Shown one piece after another: positions 1-11,800 of a stretch of DNA of 64,000 nt. The DNA comes from Cyanidioschyzon merolae. Its lineage: Eukaryota. Positions within the stretch are counted from its first letter, which is position 1, and each line of letters starts with the position of its first letter. The notes beneath the pieces were generated by a model, which saw only the letters and a list, made by a program, of their open reading frames with translations, made no database searches and had not been told where the DNA came from. Location: the NCBI GenBank assembly GCA_000091205.1, contig AP006489.2. One strand, given 5' to 3'. Made by a program: the position numbers and the translations under genes.

Positions 1-94
1 CCATCGCGTTTCACAAATCCTGTATTGACTAGCACGGCGGATGCCTGTACGTCCAGCTGGCAGCTGCGTATTCGCCGAGGAGATCACCTACGCG

Positions 95-350
95 AAGCTC
101 GTGTTTGTAGATTGCAGCGCTGGACGCGGAAACGGAGTGCATCGAGGAAAGGTATCTGTACTACGCCAGGTCATGCACCGAGCGATGAAGCACGCTTTTT
201 CGCGCTACAGGTCTGCTCTCGAAGGAGGTGTTGTAGTGGACATACGGGAGCTCCTGATCACAGACAAGTGTCCCAGCTGCAAATGGCGTACCGAATCCGC
301 ATGCAGAGAAGATCACCATCGCAAGCGAAGCGTAGGTCGTAACCGCAGCC
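95..350 (+). repeat. Dispersed ~260 bp repeat, copy A of 3
   Basis: Hand alignment shows about 75% nucleotide similarity to 12965-13230 (reverse complement) and 57065-57300. Shared blocks include 'ctcgaaggagg', 'ctcctgatcacag' and 'gcaagcgaag'. The overlapping ORFs 25..342 and 41..355 have no recognisable domain, and substitutions are not periodic by three, so I read it as non-coding. Confidence 0.6.
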
Positions 351-1594
351 TATGAGTGGAATGTCGTAGAGAACTTGCGGAAGCAGCGGACTCGGGACTT
401 GAACGCCGCATTCAGTGTCGTTCGACTGCCGAAACCCGGCCTGACGAGAAACGCGAGACCGGCATATTGCAAGGCGCGAACAAGATAGAGGAGAAGGTAG
501 CAGCGGTTTAGACAACCCGTAAAAGTTGGTATTCATCATGGTGAGAAGAGACCCAAACGTTTGCGTGTACGCATGTGGTAGGTTTCCTGACCCGTTCTCA
601 TCTGACATGGATGCAGAAGAACCGTGGCCTTCTCGCAGGTATGCGACAGCAACTGCGCGTGCTAGCGGTCCAGCTTACTTGTCCCGATCTCACACGAGAA
701 ACAGTTGATCAACGGAAGGAAAATCTCTCGCGTCCGTACAAGGTAAATATATGCAACCACGCAGAGGACGCCTCCAAGCTTTTTTTTCTGAACTGGCCGA
801 CCGCTATCGGTTTCAACTTATCCAGGCATCACTTTGAACCAGAGAGGTTGTCCCACGAAGTTTACTCGCCTCAGATCCTCGGGTCTCATCTTGAGCACTG
901 CACATCGTCTGGTATTCATAGCAGCGTTAAAGTCTCGGTTCACGAACTCTATGCGGTGATCGCCTCTGGTTGAACTCACCAATGCGGGGATTGTTAGAAC
1001 TCGCGCCCTCTGTGCCACTAGAGTCTTCTGAGCGTCCCGTCGGGGAAACAGCTTGTCTCGTCTATCTCCCCTGTTCTTCTGCTTCTTCTTTTTCGTCACT
1101 TGCTCTGCTTCGCTCCATGGTCGGCAAGAAGAAGATTTTCGTCGAGTTTTTGTCGACCCTGGTAATGAAGGGCCCTCCAGGATTCCCTACTTCCATGTCC
1201 ATCCCTTTCCCTAGAGTTTTTTATGTTTGAACTTGAACGCATTCGATCCCGTCTATTATAAACCGCGAAAAAGCATTTGATGACACCCACCTTCACGTGG
1301 AACACAACTGAGGTAAAAGTCTGCATGCGTCCGCAACCGCCGTCGATACATTAGGCAACGAACGCCTCAAAAACCTCCCAAACGTTGTTGTTACGGTTGC
1401 AGTCCAGCTCTGGCAAGCTGCTTCATCAAGAATAGGACGACTCTTCGAACGAGGCGCTGACTGTCGTCGCAGGCGCCACGATTCAAGGCGGCCGGTTGCC
1501 GTTTCCCAAAAGTCGACGCGAGGCATCCCTGATCCCGGAGTTCCCTCGTATCAGGCTTGTGGGTTCGTCACGTCGGGGGCGCAAGTGATCTTCC

Positions 1595-2548
1595 ATGGCT
1601 GCTCTCAGTGTCGAGCGTAACCTGGAGCAAGTCCTGCATCAAACTCGGGAACAAGTAGACGCTGGCGTGTGGACGTTGGAAGAGGCAGCACAGTTACTGC
1701 AGCGCCGACGGGCCTGGGAGTGCTCCCTCGCGCGCCTGAAAACTGGGAAAACTGCGGTTGAACAACTCCGTGATACCTTCAAGTCGTATATCACGTATGA
1801 AATCGCGGTCCTGGAACTCATCAGACATCGTTTTGGCCGTCTGAAACGGAGCCGTGAACCCCAGCGGCCCGCAGCAGGAGCGACCGGGCTGCGGCGGCCC
1901 CGCGCCCAGCAGTTCAAAGTACTTGGGAAAATGCGCCAACGCGTTTTCCAACTTTATGAACGTGCCATCTCTTGTAGGTCGTTGCGGACTGATGAGTCGT
2001 TGTGGCTTGCCTATATGCGGTTCGCTGCGCGTACCGGAGAGGTGCGGAAACTGCGCCCGATACTGGTACGTGCGATGCACCAAGTAGGTCCCTACTCTGC
2101 GCGTATTTTCGCAGTTGCGGCCGCTCTTGAGGCAGATGTTTGTGGTTCCATATCGACAGCACGGGCGGTTTATTTGCGGGGCCTTCGACATCACGACCAG
2201 AATGCTGAATTATGGGCGCAGTACGTGATTTTCGAGGTCACCATGGCCCTAAAACGTATCGGTCGTGAAGCCGTCTTGCACGACGTGAAGCGTCAAATGC
2301 CTGATGCGGCAGTTTGGCAAGTTCCACGAACGGTGCGATGCTATGCGCTTACAACGCTCACGCTAGCGGAACTGCGTCAGCAGTTTCACGACTGCCTAGA
2401 GAGCATGTTGAAACAGGTTGGAGGTATTTGGCAAGAAGATCCAGCGTTCTTAGCTCATGCAATTGGCGTGGACAGAGCTCGACCTGCACCCGCAACGCTG
2501 GAAGCTGGTCTCGGTGTGTCCGACCCGGCGATGCTTTCCGCGTCATAG
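1595..2548 (+). CDS. UTP6: U3 snoRNP / SSU-processome protein UTP6, N-terminal domain plus HAT repeats; apparently truncated at 317 aa
   Basis: The N-terminus 'MAALSVERNLEQVLHQ...WTLEEAAQLLQRRRAWECSLAR...YITYEIAVLELIRHRFGRL' fits the U3_assoc_6 N-terminal pattern. It is followed by HAT-like repeats ('LYERAI...ESLWLAYMRFAARTG', 'ELWAQYVIFEV'). Typical UTP6 is about 600 aa. Confidence 0.65.
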   Translation: MAALSVERNLEQVLHQTREQVDAGVWTLEEAAQLLQRRRAWECSLARLKTGKTAVEQLRDTFKSYITYEIAVLELIRHRFGRLKRSREPQRPAAGATGLRRPRAQQFKVLGKMRQRVFQLYERAISCRSLRTDESLWLAYMRFAARTGEVRKLRPILVRAMHQVGPYSARIFAVAAALEADVCGSISTARAVYLRGLRHHDQNAELWAQYVIFEVTMALKRIGREAVLHDVKRQMPDAAVWQVPRTVRCYALTTLTLAELRQQFHDCLESMLKQVGGIWQEDPAFLAHAIGVDRARPAPATLEAGLGVSDPAMLSAS

Positions 2549-3907
2549 TACGCAACTTGACCTGCGGAATCTGAGGCATGACGCTGCGTTCGGTGTATCC
2601 ACCTGTTTGATGTGTCGACCGGTCTCCACGTTGCACAACGACGTTTCGTCGTCAGGAAGCGTTGCATGAACAAAGGCTTCTGCGCAGTCGCACTGGCACA
2701 TGCCATGGCGGTACGCTGCGGTAACTGGGCGACATGCGTCGCCTGGAAGCTATGATACGAGCGGTCCTTTCAAGATGGCGGCTGCATCCGCTGGCGGTTT
2801 CTTCCAAGGAGCACTCTTGCACCCGCATGGATTGGAAGCGGTGACGAAGCGAACTCATTTGCCGGTCCTCAGCGCCTCGATCGATTCCGGTTCATAGCTA
2901 TTGACTGCGCATGAGCGCTCTCGCCGTGACGCACTGCACTAAACGTTTCGGTTTCATGGCAGTGACCGCAACCGCTGCGTCTCCACTGACCGAGACGCAC
3001 GTTGCCATGACTCCGACATAGAGCTGCGTTTGTACAGAGCAACGTCATTGCCGAGGGAACGATATACTCTTCGCGGATAGCAATGTGTTTCTGGGACACA
3101 GGGTGGTACGCTTTTGCGCTTGAGCAGACGCATGCAGCGATGGCGGCACTCGGTAGTGTGTTTCATCGCTTGTCCAAATCGTACGAGATGAGCGTACCTC
3201 GATGCGCGTGTACCGCAAAATGTTTTCTCGTGGATACGTCCGCCACTGGATGGTGATCCTACCAAACGATTCACTCAGCGGTGGGTGCGGGGGTTCCGCT
3301 CCGAGTACAACGTCCTGTATCCATGCTGTTCTTTTGAGAAGCGGTATGCGTTCGCCAAACATGCTTCCAAGACGAAGTCCTTGAATATATTCGAGGTATT
3401 TACGAGCCCTCATTGAACGCAGATGCGCTCAAGATCTAATGGACCGCAAAGCATCCCAAACAGCGTGGTTGCATCGTGGTGCTAGGATTTAGAGCTGCCG
3501 AGGCCCGCCGGCGGCGACCTGCCCGAGCATCGCAGACTCGACACTGTTCCGAATACTTTACTGGTCCACACGTTCACGGTTGCAAATCAGGTGCTACGGT
3601 TTGTTTCTGGCACGACGTATGTGCGTACCTTGCGTTCGTCACCTCGAATCGGATGCAGCACCGCGTATAGCACATCAGCGTGTCACCGGCATGCTCTGCA
3701 TACAACTGCACTGGGGCGAGTTCGCGCATAGCTTCAGATACGTGTCCTGTAAATGCCAAAGCAGCTCGTGAACGAAATGCGGTCCCGATAGCTGTCCATA
3801 TGGCTAGAACAGCTACTGCCGGACGTCCAATTTCAGCACCAACCGTTCCGGTATTCCAGTCGCGGATCTAAACCACCGTTGTACGTGACTGGCATGTTGC
3901 TCACCGA

Positions 3908-4744
3908 TCACGCTTTCCGTGCGGCCATCTCCTGCCGAAGGAGATCTCGCTCGCTTCGGCCGAGGTACTTGCAGTCCTCGTGCTGCACCAGATAGCGACC
4001 GGGTGTGTGACATTTGAAATTCTTCCCTTTGCAATTGTCGTACTCCTCGCCACCATTGTTCAAAACGAATTCGAGCTCTTTCGCCAATAGCCGGATAAAA
4101 TAGAGGTTCTGCTCCTCGGGATTCCGCAGCATGAGCTCGCCGGGTGCAGAAGTCCAATCCGCCTTGGCGTTTAACTGTTTCGCGTACATAATATAGACCT
4201 GCGACCAGTCAGCCGGTGCCCGGTACAAGATTTCGATGTATTGGTCAGTAGCTTTGGTCTGTTGTCGGCGAATTTCATCCATATCCACGTCACCGCGCCG
4301 CTGTAGACCACGAATACTCACAACATAGCGACCCGGCTCCGTAATGACGTAGTTCTGCCCACCGTTATTGTCCCAGTATCGTTTCCCGTCCGTTATCGCA
4401 AACTCTAACCGTTTGCAGCCGGAAACTCGGAAAACTCGAAACCCCTCTCGAATGTGACTCGCATCTTCAAACCGGTAAGTTCTGTTCGGCGTCCACTTGC
4501 CACCGTCTTTTGAAAAGATGATGTAGACGTTCTCCAGCGACGGCATGGAGTGGAATATTTCAATCCACGAGTTAGGGTCGTTCACAGGACCGTTCATATT
4601 CGGACTGCTCCCAGCAGTTTCAATATTTCGCTGAGACATTCCAGCTATCACACCTAACCTTCTAGTGTTTCTCACGAACTCTGCCCGTCGGCAGCTCGCA
4701 GTCGTCGAAAGCACCAGGAGCGGAACGCCGTCCAGCACACACAC
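3908..4744 (-). CDS. Protein with two CBM21-type starch/glycogen-binding modules
   Basis: Two copies of the CBM21 C-terminal signature are present: 'RLEFAITDGKRYWDNNGGQNYVITEPGRYVV' and 'LEFVLNNGGEEYDNCKGKNFKCHTPGRYLV'. The real start is probably an internal Met (MSQRNIET or MNGPVND). Confidence 0.5.
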   Translation of the reverse strand: MCVLDGVPLLVLSTTASCRRAEFVRNTRRLGVIAGMSQRNIETAGSSPNMNGPVNDPNSWIEIFHSMPSLENVYIIFSKDGGKWTPNRTYRFEDASHIREGFRVFRVSGCKRLEFAITDGKRYWDNNGGQNYVITEPGRYVVSIRGLQRRGDVDMDEIRRQQTKATDQYIEILYRAPADWSQVYIMYAKQLNAKADWTSAPGELMLRNPEEQNLYFIRLLAKELEFVLNNGGEEYDNCKGKNFKCHTPGRYLVQHEDCKYLGRSERDLLRQEMAARKA

Positions 4745-5727
4745 TCGACTCCATACCAGCGCCGAAATCGCCGCCGCCGTCGTCGTTGCTGCAGCTGCCG
4801 CCTCCCATCGATTGATTTCTTTCTTTCATGGACAAAACTGGTACACTGGCCAGCGTTCTCTGATTGTACGCTTTGCTTTTTCATCGCACAGGGAAGCATC
4901 CGTCAAACCGCTTACGTCAGAGTTCCATGACCCATACTTCTTCTCGGATACACTGTTCATTTCATAGGTTCTATCGTGTGTCGAGAGCGTGCCCTGAGCG
5001 TCCGCGAGAGCGCCTATAGCGCCGATACGGATGCAGCAGGGGGCCCGAACGACTCTTCCATGTCACCGAGGGCGTCAGCTCGGGGTGTGTCTCAGTCGAC
5101 GCTTACATGAATCGCATGGCTCGTTACTGCATCGACAGCCGGTGTATGCCGGCATGCCGTCACTACACGACGCACTTGAGAAGCTCGCCATTCAGCACGG
5201 AACCTGGGTGGTGCGTGACCCTTTGGCAATCAATCAATCATCTGTCTGTGTATCTGTGTGTCTGTGTATCTGTTTGTCTGTGAGCGTACGTGCGTGTCGA
5301 ATCGGTCACCGCTTCGCAATGCCGGCTACCGCTCGACGCCGTCTTGTTCATTGCTGCGCCGATCGTTTAACATGCGTGCGCATCCAGTTGGACGAACTTT
5401 CCACCTTGAAGGTAGCCTGTGGGTTTTTTGGTCATCACCAAGCGTCGTGGGTCAAAAAGACGTCCGACAGGTACCAGGTTTGCGCTCTATGGGGGCGATC
5501 GCCCCGTGCAGCCCCGAATGAAAATCCAGCGCGATCGGCTCCTGGGCGCGGCGGCGCGGCGCGCAACGCTGCGCGATCGATCATTTTTGAATCCCGTGGC
5601 AGGTCCCGGAGTCCCGGATAGCGGTGTCTCCTCTACTGTTTGCTCAGCAGGGGCGTTCCTCGGGAACTCGCGTACAAACCAGTAGCGCTCGCTGAGCAGC
5701 AACTTTTGTGATTGTGCTGAATCACTA

Positions 5728-6567
5728 GTGGTTTGCTCCCTAACTCGCTATTGGCACCTGCTTTACAGCTTCGCGAAAGCTATGAACGCAGCGACACCAC
5801 GCGGTGGAGGCGTTCGTTTCGAGCCCTTCGTGGCGGCGTACAACAACTCGACCCCCGAGGCAGTCTTGGCGTTGGCGCCTACGCCAGTACGAGCACAGCT
5901 CCAGAATCGTTCCGAGACGCCCAGTGGTGCTCGACTTCGAAGCAGCAGTGGCGGAGCAGGTGCAGACTCCGTACCTGATGCGCTGTCGAACGCAGTGGAA
6001 ACCGTGGACCTGTTGCGTGACTTGGTGGCGGTTTTCCGCTCCGAGGAGGACGTTCAAATAATGGAGGCATTGGCCTCTCTCGAACAACAAATCGACGATA
6101 CGGTATTGGAGCGGCAACAACGAGCCAAGGAGTCGCTGGTACAGCTTGCGAGACAGGTTGACGCCGCCAGACAACGCGCGACGCCGCCTGAGCCTGAACA
6201 TCTGCATCAGCAGCGGGTCGAGGAACGCGAGCGGGTGAAACGCCTCATTATTGAGCGGATGCTAACTGCCGAAGAGCGCAGCAAAGCGCTGCAAGCGAAC
6301 TTGCGCGAGCTGGATGCGGAGTCCTCGGAGGTGCAGCAGGCGCTGGACCGGTATCGGCAGCGCATTCAAACTGATATTCCGAGCCTCAAACATGCACTGA
6401 GTTTATATGTCACGATAAGTCGTATCCGTTGGAACTACCGATGCGATCAGACGTACATTGAGGGATACGTGGCCCAGGAGCGTGAGAACGACGTGCGTCC
6501 ATTCCGATTCCAACACGGAGATGCGGTGGCCACTGCCGACCGTCTCTGGGCGCTTATCGAGCCGTGA
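5728..6567 (+). CDS. SPC24: Kinetochore NDC80-complex subunit, Spc24-like (coiled coil plus C-terminal RWD-like globular domain)
   Basis: A coiled-coil region is followed by 'LSLYVTISRIRWNY...IEGYVAQEREND...ATADRLWALIEP', which matches the Spc24 C-terminal motifs (L.LY..LGI ... LW.L at the C-terminus). Confidence 0.5.
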   Translation: MVCSLTRYWHLLYSFAKAMNAATPRGGGVRFEPFVAAYNNSTPEAVLALAPTPVRAQLQNRSETPSGARLRSSSGGAGADSVPDALSNAVETVDLLRDLVAVFRSEEDVQIMEALASLEQQIDDTVLERQQRAKESLVQLARQVDAARQRATPPEPEHLHQQRVEERERVKRLIIERMLTAEERSKALQANLRELDAESSEVQQALDRYRQRIQTDIPSLKHALSLYVTISRIRWNYRCDQTYIEGYVAQERENDVRPFRFQHGDAVATADRLWALIEP

Positions 6568-6999
6568 AGAGCGCTCGGTGAACTGCCAAGGCGCAGCAAC
6601 GAAAAGAGCGCACTTGTCTGGAAGCGCCTTTGAGCACTGCGCACATTTCGCCCGGCCTTGGGTGATCCTATTCACTTGTGTGTGTGTGTTTTCACTGTCT
6701 GTCTGCGGTATTGATTGATTCAAGTCGGCAGCTGCGCCCCATTCCTGCTTATGTACTGGATGCAGCAAGCACACATCTGAGCGAATCTTTTCGTCGTTCC
6801 CGAGGCTGTTTCCAGTGCTAACAGCCTCCAGGCAACCCCGATCCATACAAGGCTGCACAGATTCCGTTTTTCCGCCACGGTGCAGGATCCCAGGCATTCA
6901 CCACCGTGGTCGCCGCATACGCCCCTGGTACCGCTGTCTTCTGCGCCCTGTTCACCACTCGTCTCGTACGCGCGTGACCTGTATTCCCTGCTCAAACGC

Positions 7000-7680
7000 C
7001 TAGGCGCCGGGCTTGAATATATCGTCAAAATGCGCCGGGTCGATCATCGGCAGACGCACGGACACCGACATACCTACAACAGGCGTCCGGCGCGAGCGAT
7101 ATAGCTCTCGCAAAAAATACATTGCCGCCCCATCGTACGCGTTCAGAATATCCGCGATAGCCTGCAAATGCTGCACATACTGCTCCTGGGTCAAACGGAA
7201 CGAAGCCTGCAGCGTGTGCTCCCACATCACCTGCATGTACAAAGCATACTTGCCGATAACATTCCGTCGCACAGGCTGAATATCATACTCAAAACCATAA
7301 AGATCCCGCAAAAACTGCCGCAGCGAGGGTCCTGTTAACGGCAGGTACCGCTCACGCAGCAGCGCTTCGAGGTTCTGCTGCGACATGCCCCGCCGCAGCG
7401 TCCGCTCCGCGAACGGCGCCGGACGCACCGCTGAGCGGTCCCTCATATCCGGAAACGAGGCCGCAAAACGCGCTTCCAGCGCTGCAACTGCAGCTGCCAG
7501 CGGGTTCCCGCGCGGACGCCGAGCAGACCCGCGCCGTTTCTCGCCGCCCCCGGCGGACGCATGCCCGTCGCGCCTGCCGGGCTCGTCCGCGTCGTCCTTT
7601 GGTCTATCCGGAGTCGAGTCTGATGACGAAGAAGGAGGCGACCCCTGTGCCCGCAACGCAAGCACACCAAGCACAAACAT
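7000..7680 (-). CDS. Hypothetical protein with signal-peptide-like N-terminus and a conserved-looking C-terminal domain
   Basis: A 226 aa ORF with the N-terminus 'MFVLGVLALRAQG' resembles a signal peptide. The C-terminal 150 aa are non-repetitive (YGFEYDIQPVRRNVIGKYALYMQVMWEH...). I recognise no family. Confidence 0.35.
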   Translation of the reverse strand: MFVLGVLALRAQGSPPSSSSDSTPDRPKDDADEPGRRDGHASAGGGEKRRGSARRPRGNPLAAAVAALEARFAASFPDMRDRSAVRPAPFAERTLRRGMSQQNLEALLRERYLPLTGPSLRQFLRDLYGFEYDIQPVRRNVIGKYALYMQVMWEHTLQASFRLTQEQYVQHLQAIADILNAYDGAAMYFLRELYRSRRTPVVGMSVSVRLPMIDPAHFDDIFKPGA

Positions 7681-7716
7681 GGGGAATACGCAGCACCACA
7701 GAAAAACCGGACTGTG

Positions 7717-7717
7717 C

Positions 7718-7750
<33 letters not shown>
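7717..7750. repeat. (CAG)n microsatellite, about 11 units
   Basis: A direct read: gcagcagcagcagcagcagcagcagcagcagca. Confidence 0.9.
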
Positions 7751-8240
7751 CCGAAAGCCAGCGTTACGAGACAACAAAGAAGCAGGCCTCAGACCTCTTT
7801 CTCGCGCTGCAGCAATCTGCACCTCGAATCGACGCCCTGCAGCTGCGATGGCGTCAGCGACGCACGCACCGCATGGCGCGGCTGCCGTTCACATGCGCCT
7901 GCACGCGCGCCGCCGTACGCATCGCTGCGTGGCGTCGATCACGCACAGGCTACCCGCCGGTGTGACGGTTTGCTTCACGCATGACAACGCTATATATATC
8001 AATTTAGGCGAACTTGGATTGATATCTGCGACGGTGGCTTTACGGCAAGCGACGTTCCAAGCGCCGATACCGCTGCCTCGAATGGATAACTGGCATGATG
8101 GCCCGCGATCGATCGATGGATCGATCAATTGGCTCCGCCGTCCATCGAAAGCGTTGGTCTCCGGCTGGGCAGCGCGTTACGCTCGCCCTGGAGTTTCAAC
8201 CGAAGATTGAGGGTTCGAGTCCCTTCCGTCGCGTTGACTT

Positions 8241-8879
8241 TTGCCACCCACGCTCATGAGCCAAGTCAACCCTTTACACTACAACGGAGGTGCCGTATTC
8301 GCAGCAACCGGTAACCAGTGTGTTGCCATCGCTGCGGATCGGAGGTTTGGACAAGCGCAGCTCACGCTGGCATGCGACGCAAACCGTCTGTTCCGCGTCC
8401 ACGATCGACTGGTGCTGGGACTCACTGGACTCGCGACCGATTGTCTAACACTAGCAGAACGCGTGCGGATGCGCACGAACCTATATCGTTTAGGAGAGAA
8501 ACGCGAACCGAAACCTGCAACCATTTCAGCGCTGGTTTCCGCGCTTCTCTATGAGCGCCGCTTTGCACCGTACTTTGTCGAGCCGGTGATCGTCGGTTTG
8601 TCGGGCGATAACAAGCCGTATTGCTGCTCCATGGACCTGTTGGGCACGCCCATGGAAACCGATGAGTTCGTAGCTGCTGGTACCTGTGCCGAGTCGCTTT
8701 ACGGGACGGGGGAAACCTTCTGGCGTCCGGGTCTGGATCCCGAGGACCTATTCGAAGTTACCGCCCAGTGTATGCTTGCCGCGCTCGACCGCGACTGTCT
8801 CAGCGGCTGGGGTGCGGTCGTGTACGTCTTGCACAGTGAAGGCGTCACCGTGCGCGAGCTTAAGGCACGCATGGACTAG
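8241..8879 (+). CDS. PSMB3: 20S proteasome subunit beta type-3
   Basis: The ORF is near full-length collinear with beta-3/PUP3 ('YNGGAVFAATGNQCVAIAADRRFG', 'LLYERRFAPYFVEPVIVGL', 'TCAESLYGTGETFWRPGLDPEDLFE', and C-terminal 'LKARMD'). The likely start is the Met at 8256 (MSQVNP). Confidence 0.9.
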   Translation: MPPTLMSQVNPLHYNGGAVFAATGNQCVAIAADRRFGQAQLTLACDANRLFRVHDRLVLGLTGLATDCLTLAERVRMRTNLYRLGEKREPKPATISALVSALLYERRFAPYFVEPVIVGLSGDNKPYCCSMDLLGTPMETDEFVAAGTCAESLYGTGETFWRPGLDPEDLFEVTAQCMLAALDRDCLSGWGAVVYVLHSEGVTVRELKARMD

Positions 8880-11800
8880 GCAGAGGCGGTGGTGGTGGTG
8901 GTGGTCGCGGCTACGGCCTCGTCCATCGCCGCAGCTGCTGGACCCGCGTGCAACTCGGACTGTCCGGAAGACGATGATGATGACGTCGTCGTCGTCGTCG
9001 AAACGCGCGAGGCGCTGACGGTGCGCGTCACCGTCGACGAGCCTTGCACGAGCTTGGTTCGAAAGACGACGTTCGCGTGCTCGAAGAGCGCTGGTTTCAG
9101 GCTCACGATGATGAACTGGCTGTCGCGGAAGGATTGACGAATGACCTGGCCTACATTTTGCGTATGGCTGAGGTCGAGCGCCGCATCGATCTCATCGAGA
9201 ATGTACATAGGCGCGGGCTTGAACTTGAGCATAGCCAACACGAGACTGAGAGCAACGAGGGAACGCTGGCCACCGCTCAGCTCTGTGAGGGAATCCTTCC
9301 AGGTATTGCCCATCGCGACCTTGAGCACGAGGCCATCGAGCATCGACTGGCTTTCCGGTACGCGATCTAGACGAGCATCGGCTCCGGGGAGCAAGGTAGA
9401 GAAGATTGCACTGAGATCGCGGTTCACTCGTTGCCAGGTGGCCTCGAGCGCCAGACGTTTCTTCTCATCGAGGCTGCGAATAGCCGCGTAGATTTTTTGC
9501 TTATCATTCTCGATGATGCGTTTCTTATTCATGAGGTCCTGATATTCTTGCTCAGACTTTTCAAAGAGACTCAGTGCTCGCCGGTTGATCCGTTTCCCGA
9601 GACTCTGATTCTCTGCAGTCAACCGGGCGAGTTGTTGACGGGCCCGCCGGATCTCCTCCGCGTCCACCACGGACACGTCACCCGCAGTGCACGACAGGTT
9701 TGGATGCTCGGCCTCGAGCGCGACGGCCTGTTGACGAGCATTCGCGAGCGTCTCGTCGAGATCAGCTAGCTGCAGCCGGAGACGTTTGATTTCCAGCGAA
9801 AGCGCCTCGTCCTGACTAGCTAGCGCACTTAGGCGCTCTTGCCGCACTGCATGCTCTTGTGCTTGCGCCGAGAGCGCCTCTCGGCGTTGCCGGAGCGCCT
9901 CCTGCTGTGAATAATAAGCAGGCTCGAGCTCCTTTTCCAGACGATTGCTTTGCTCGGTGAGGTCACGTTCCAGTTGAGCAATGGTTTCGTTGCACTGTGC
10001 TAGACGCTTCTGCACATCGTCAAGTTCTTCTCTGGAGGATTCGAGCTGCTGGTGGAGGCGCGCAAGCTGGGCCTGTTCGTCTTGCCAGAGACGCTGCAGT
10101 TGCTCGGCAGATGCCTTGGCCTCGGCGAGGTCCTGGGCGCCGACATCGGCACCGGAATCGAGTTCAGCGAGTCGTCGCTCAGCTGCAACTCTTCGCGCTC
10201 CCTGTTCTCGAAGCTGTGCCTCTAAACTCGCAACTTCATTCTTGTACCGGATCAAGGGCTCCGCAAGCATGCGCTCCCTAATGGCCTCCACCGCTTGCTG
10301 CTTCATGGCGAGCTCCGTGCTCAGACGTGCATGCTGATCCGCTTTTTGCTCCAGGTTTTGAAGATCCTCCTCGGTCCTCGCCAGTGCACGCTCTCGTATC
10401 TGCAGCTCTGCACGCAAACGCTCAAGCTCTGCGAGCTGGATCAGAAGCGAAGCGACTGCGCTCTGGGAGCCTCCGGTCATGGTACCCTGGGGGTCCACGA
10501 GGTCGCCGTCTTTCGTCACCGTCCGACACCGAATCTGCTCCGAGAACGCCATCTGTTTGGCCTGATCCAGCCGGTCGCAAACTAGCGTTCGTCCGAATAC
10601 ATAGCGCATGGCAGGCTCGAGTGCTTCATCAAAACGGACAAGCGACAGGGCCAGGTTGCCTCCGGCCTGACGAGCGGCTGCAACGCGTTCTGGCTCCAGC
10701 ACCTTATCGTCGATCCGGTTCAAGGGAATCATGGTGACTCGACGAGTGAGCTGGCCGCGCTCAAGCAGAAGCTTGCCAGTCTGCTCGTTGTCCACAATGA
10801 CGTAGAACAGCTTGGAACCTGCAGTTATTTCAATGGCTACCGCATATTCTGGATGCACCAGTTGCACTAGTCGGGCAACGACGCCTTTGACGCGGCTGCT
10901 TTCGAAGGCCGGCTCCGGGTTCTGGTAGGTAAAGTCAATAGCAGCCAACCGAGCGGAGAGACGATCCAGCTGATCGCGAAGGCTATGCACGGCTTGCTCC
11001 TCGCTCTGACGGAGTTTGCGGAGTTTCTCTGCGCCATGCTGGTCGTAGTCCAGCTCATGCAGCTGGAGCTTAACGGAAGAAACCGCCTTTTCCGCTTTGG
11101 CGAGTTCGGACTCGAGCGCTCGCACAGCAGTGGCTCGCTTTGCATGTTTCTCGAGTTCGCTCTTCGCTCCCGCAAGAGCAATTTTCGTAGTTTCCTCTTC
11201 TGTACGAGCGAGCGCCAACTGTTGCCGCGTCGAAGTGATGAGTTCGGTACGCGAACGAAATGCGGAGGCTTCAGAGAGCGTTTGCCACTTGTCGTTGGCT
11301 GCGCGGGCCTCAAGGCGGCGCTTTTCAACTTGCGGCTCAAATGTTTCGATACGAGCGGTGAGTTGCTCAAGCGTCTTGGTGAGATGCTCCTGAGCCTCGA
11401 TCATCTCGGTTTGCTGCGCTTGTTCCCTAGTCAGTGACGCACGGAGGTGATCGCGACGAGCTCGCTCCTTCACCAGTTCCCGATCAAGAGCGGCGAGCTC
11501 CTTTTCTTGCTGCTGGAGCTGTCGGGCCTCTCGGTCGTGCTGACTACGTTTCGCTCCGTGGCTTTCCGCACGCAGCGCATTGATTGCCTCGTGGTTCTGC
11601 GCTTGTTCCGCTTCGTGCTTCTCAATCTGTGCGACCAGCTGGGCTCTGTCCTGCTCGAGTTGCTTGACATGCTCTCGCGCTTGAGCGTATGCTTGTAGGG
11701 CGACAATACGACGCAGACGCTCTATCTCTGCATTGTTCGCCGACCAGTGCAGAAAACGCTCTCGTTCATCCCGGAGCTTTACCAGAGACGGGGTTATCTC

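Noticed and set aside
8195-8235. tRNA-like T-arm motif 'GAGGGTTCGAGTCCCTT' upstream of the PSMB3 start codon
   Set aside because: I tried to fold the preceding ~60 nt into a cloverleaf. I found no complementary acceptor 5' strand for 'ccgtcgc', no D-arm GG/TAGC features and no workable anticodon stem. It is most likely a chance match in the 5' UTR.
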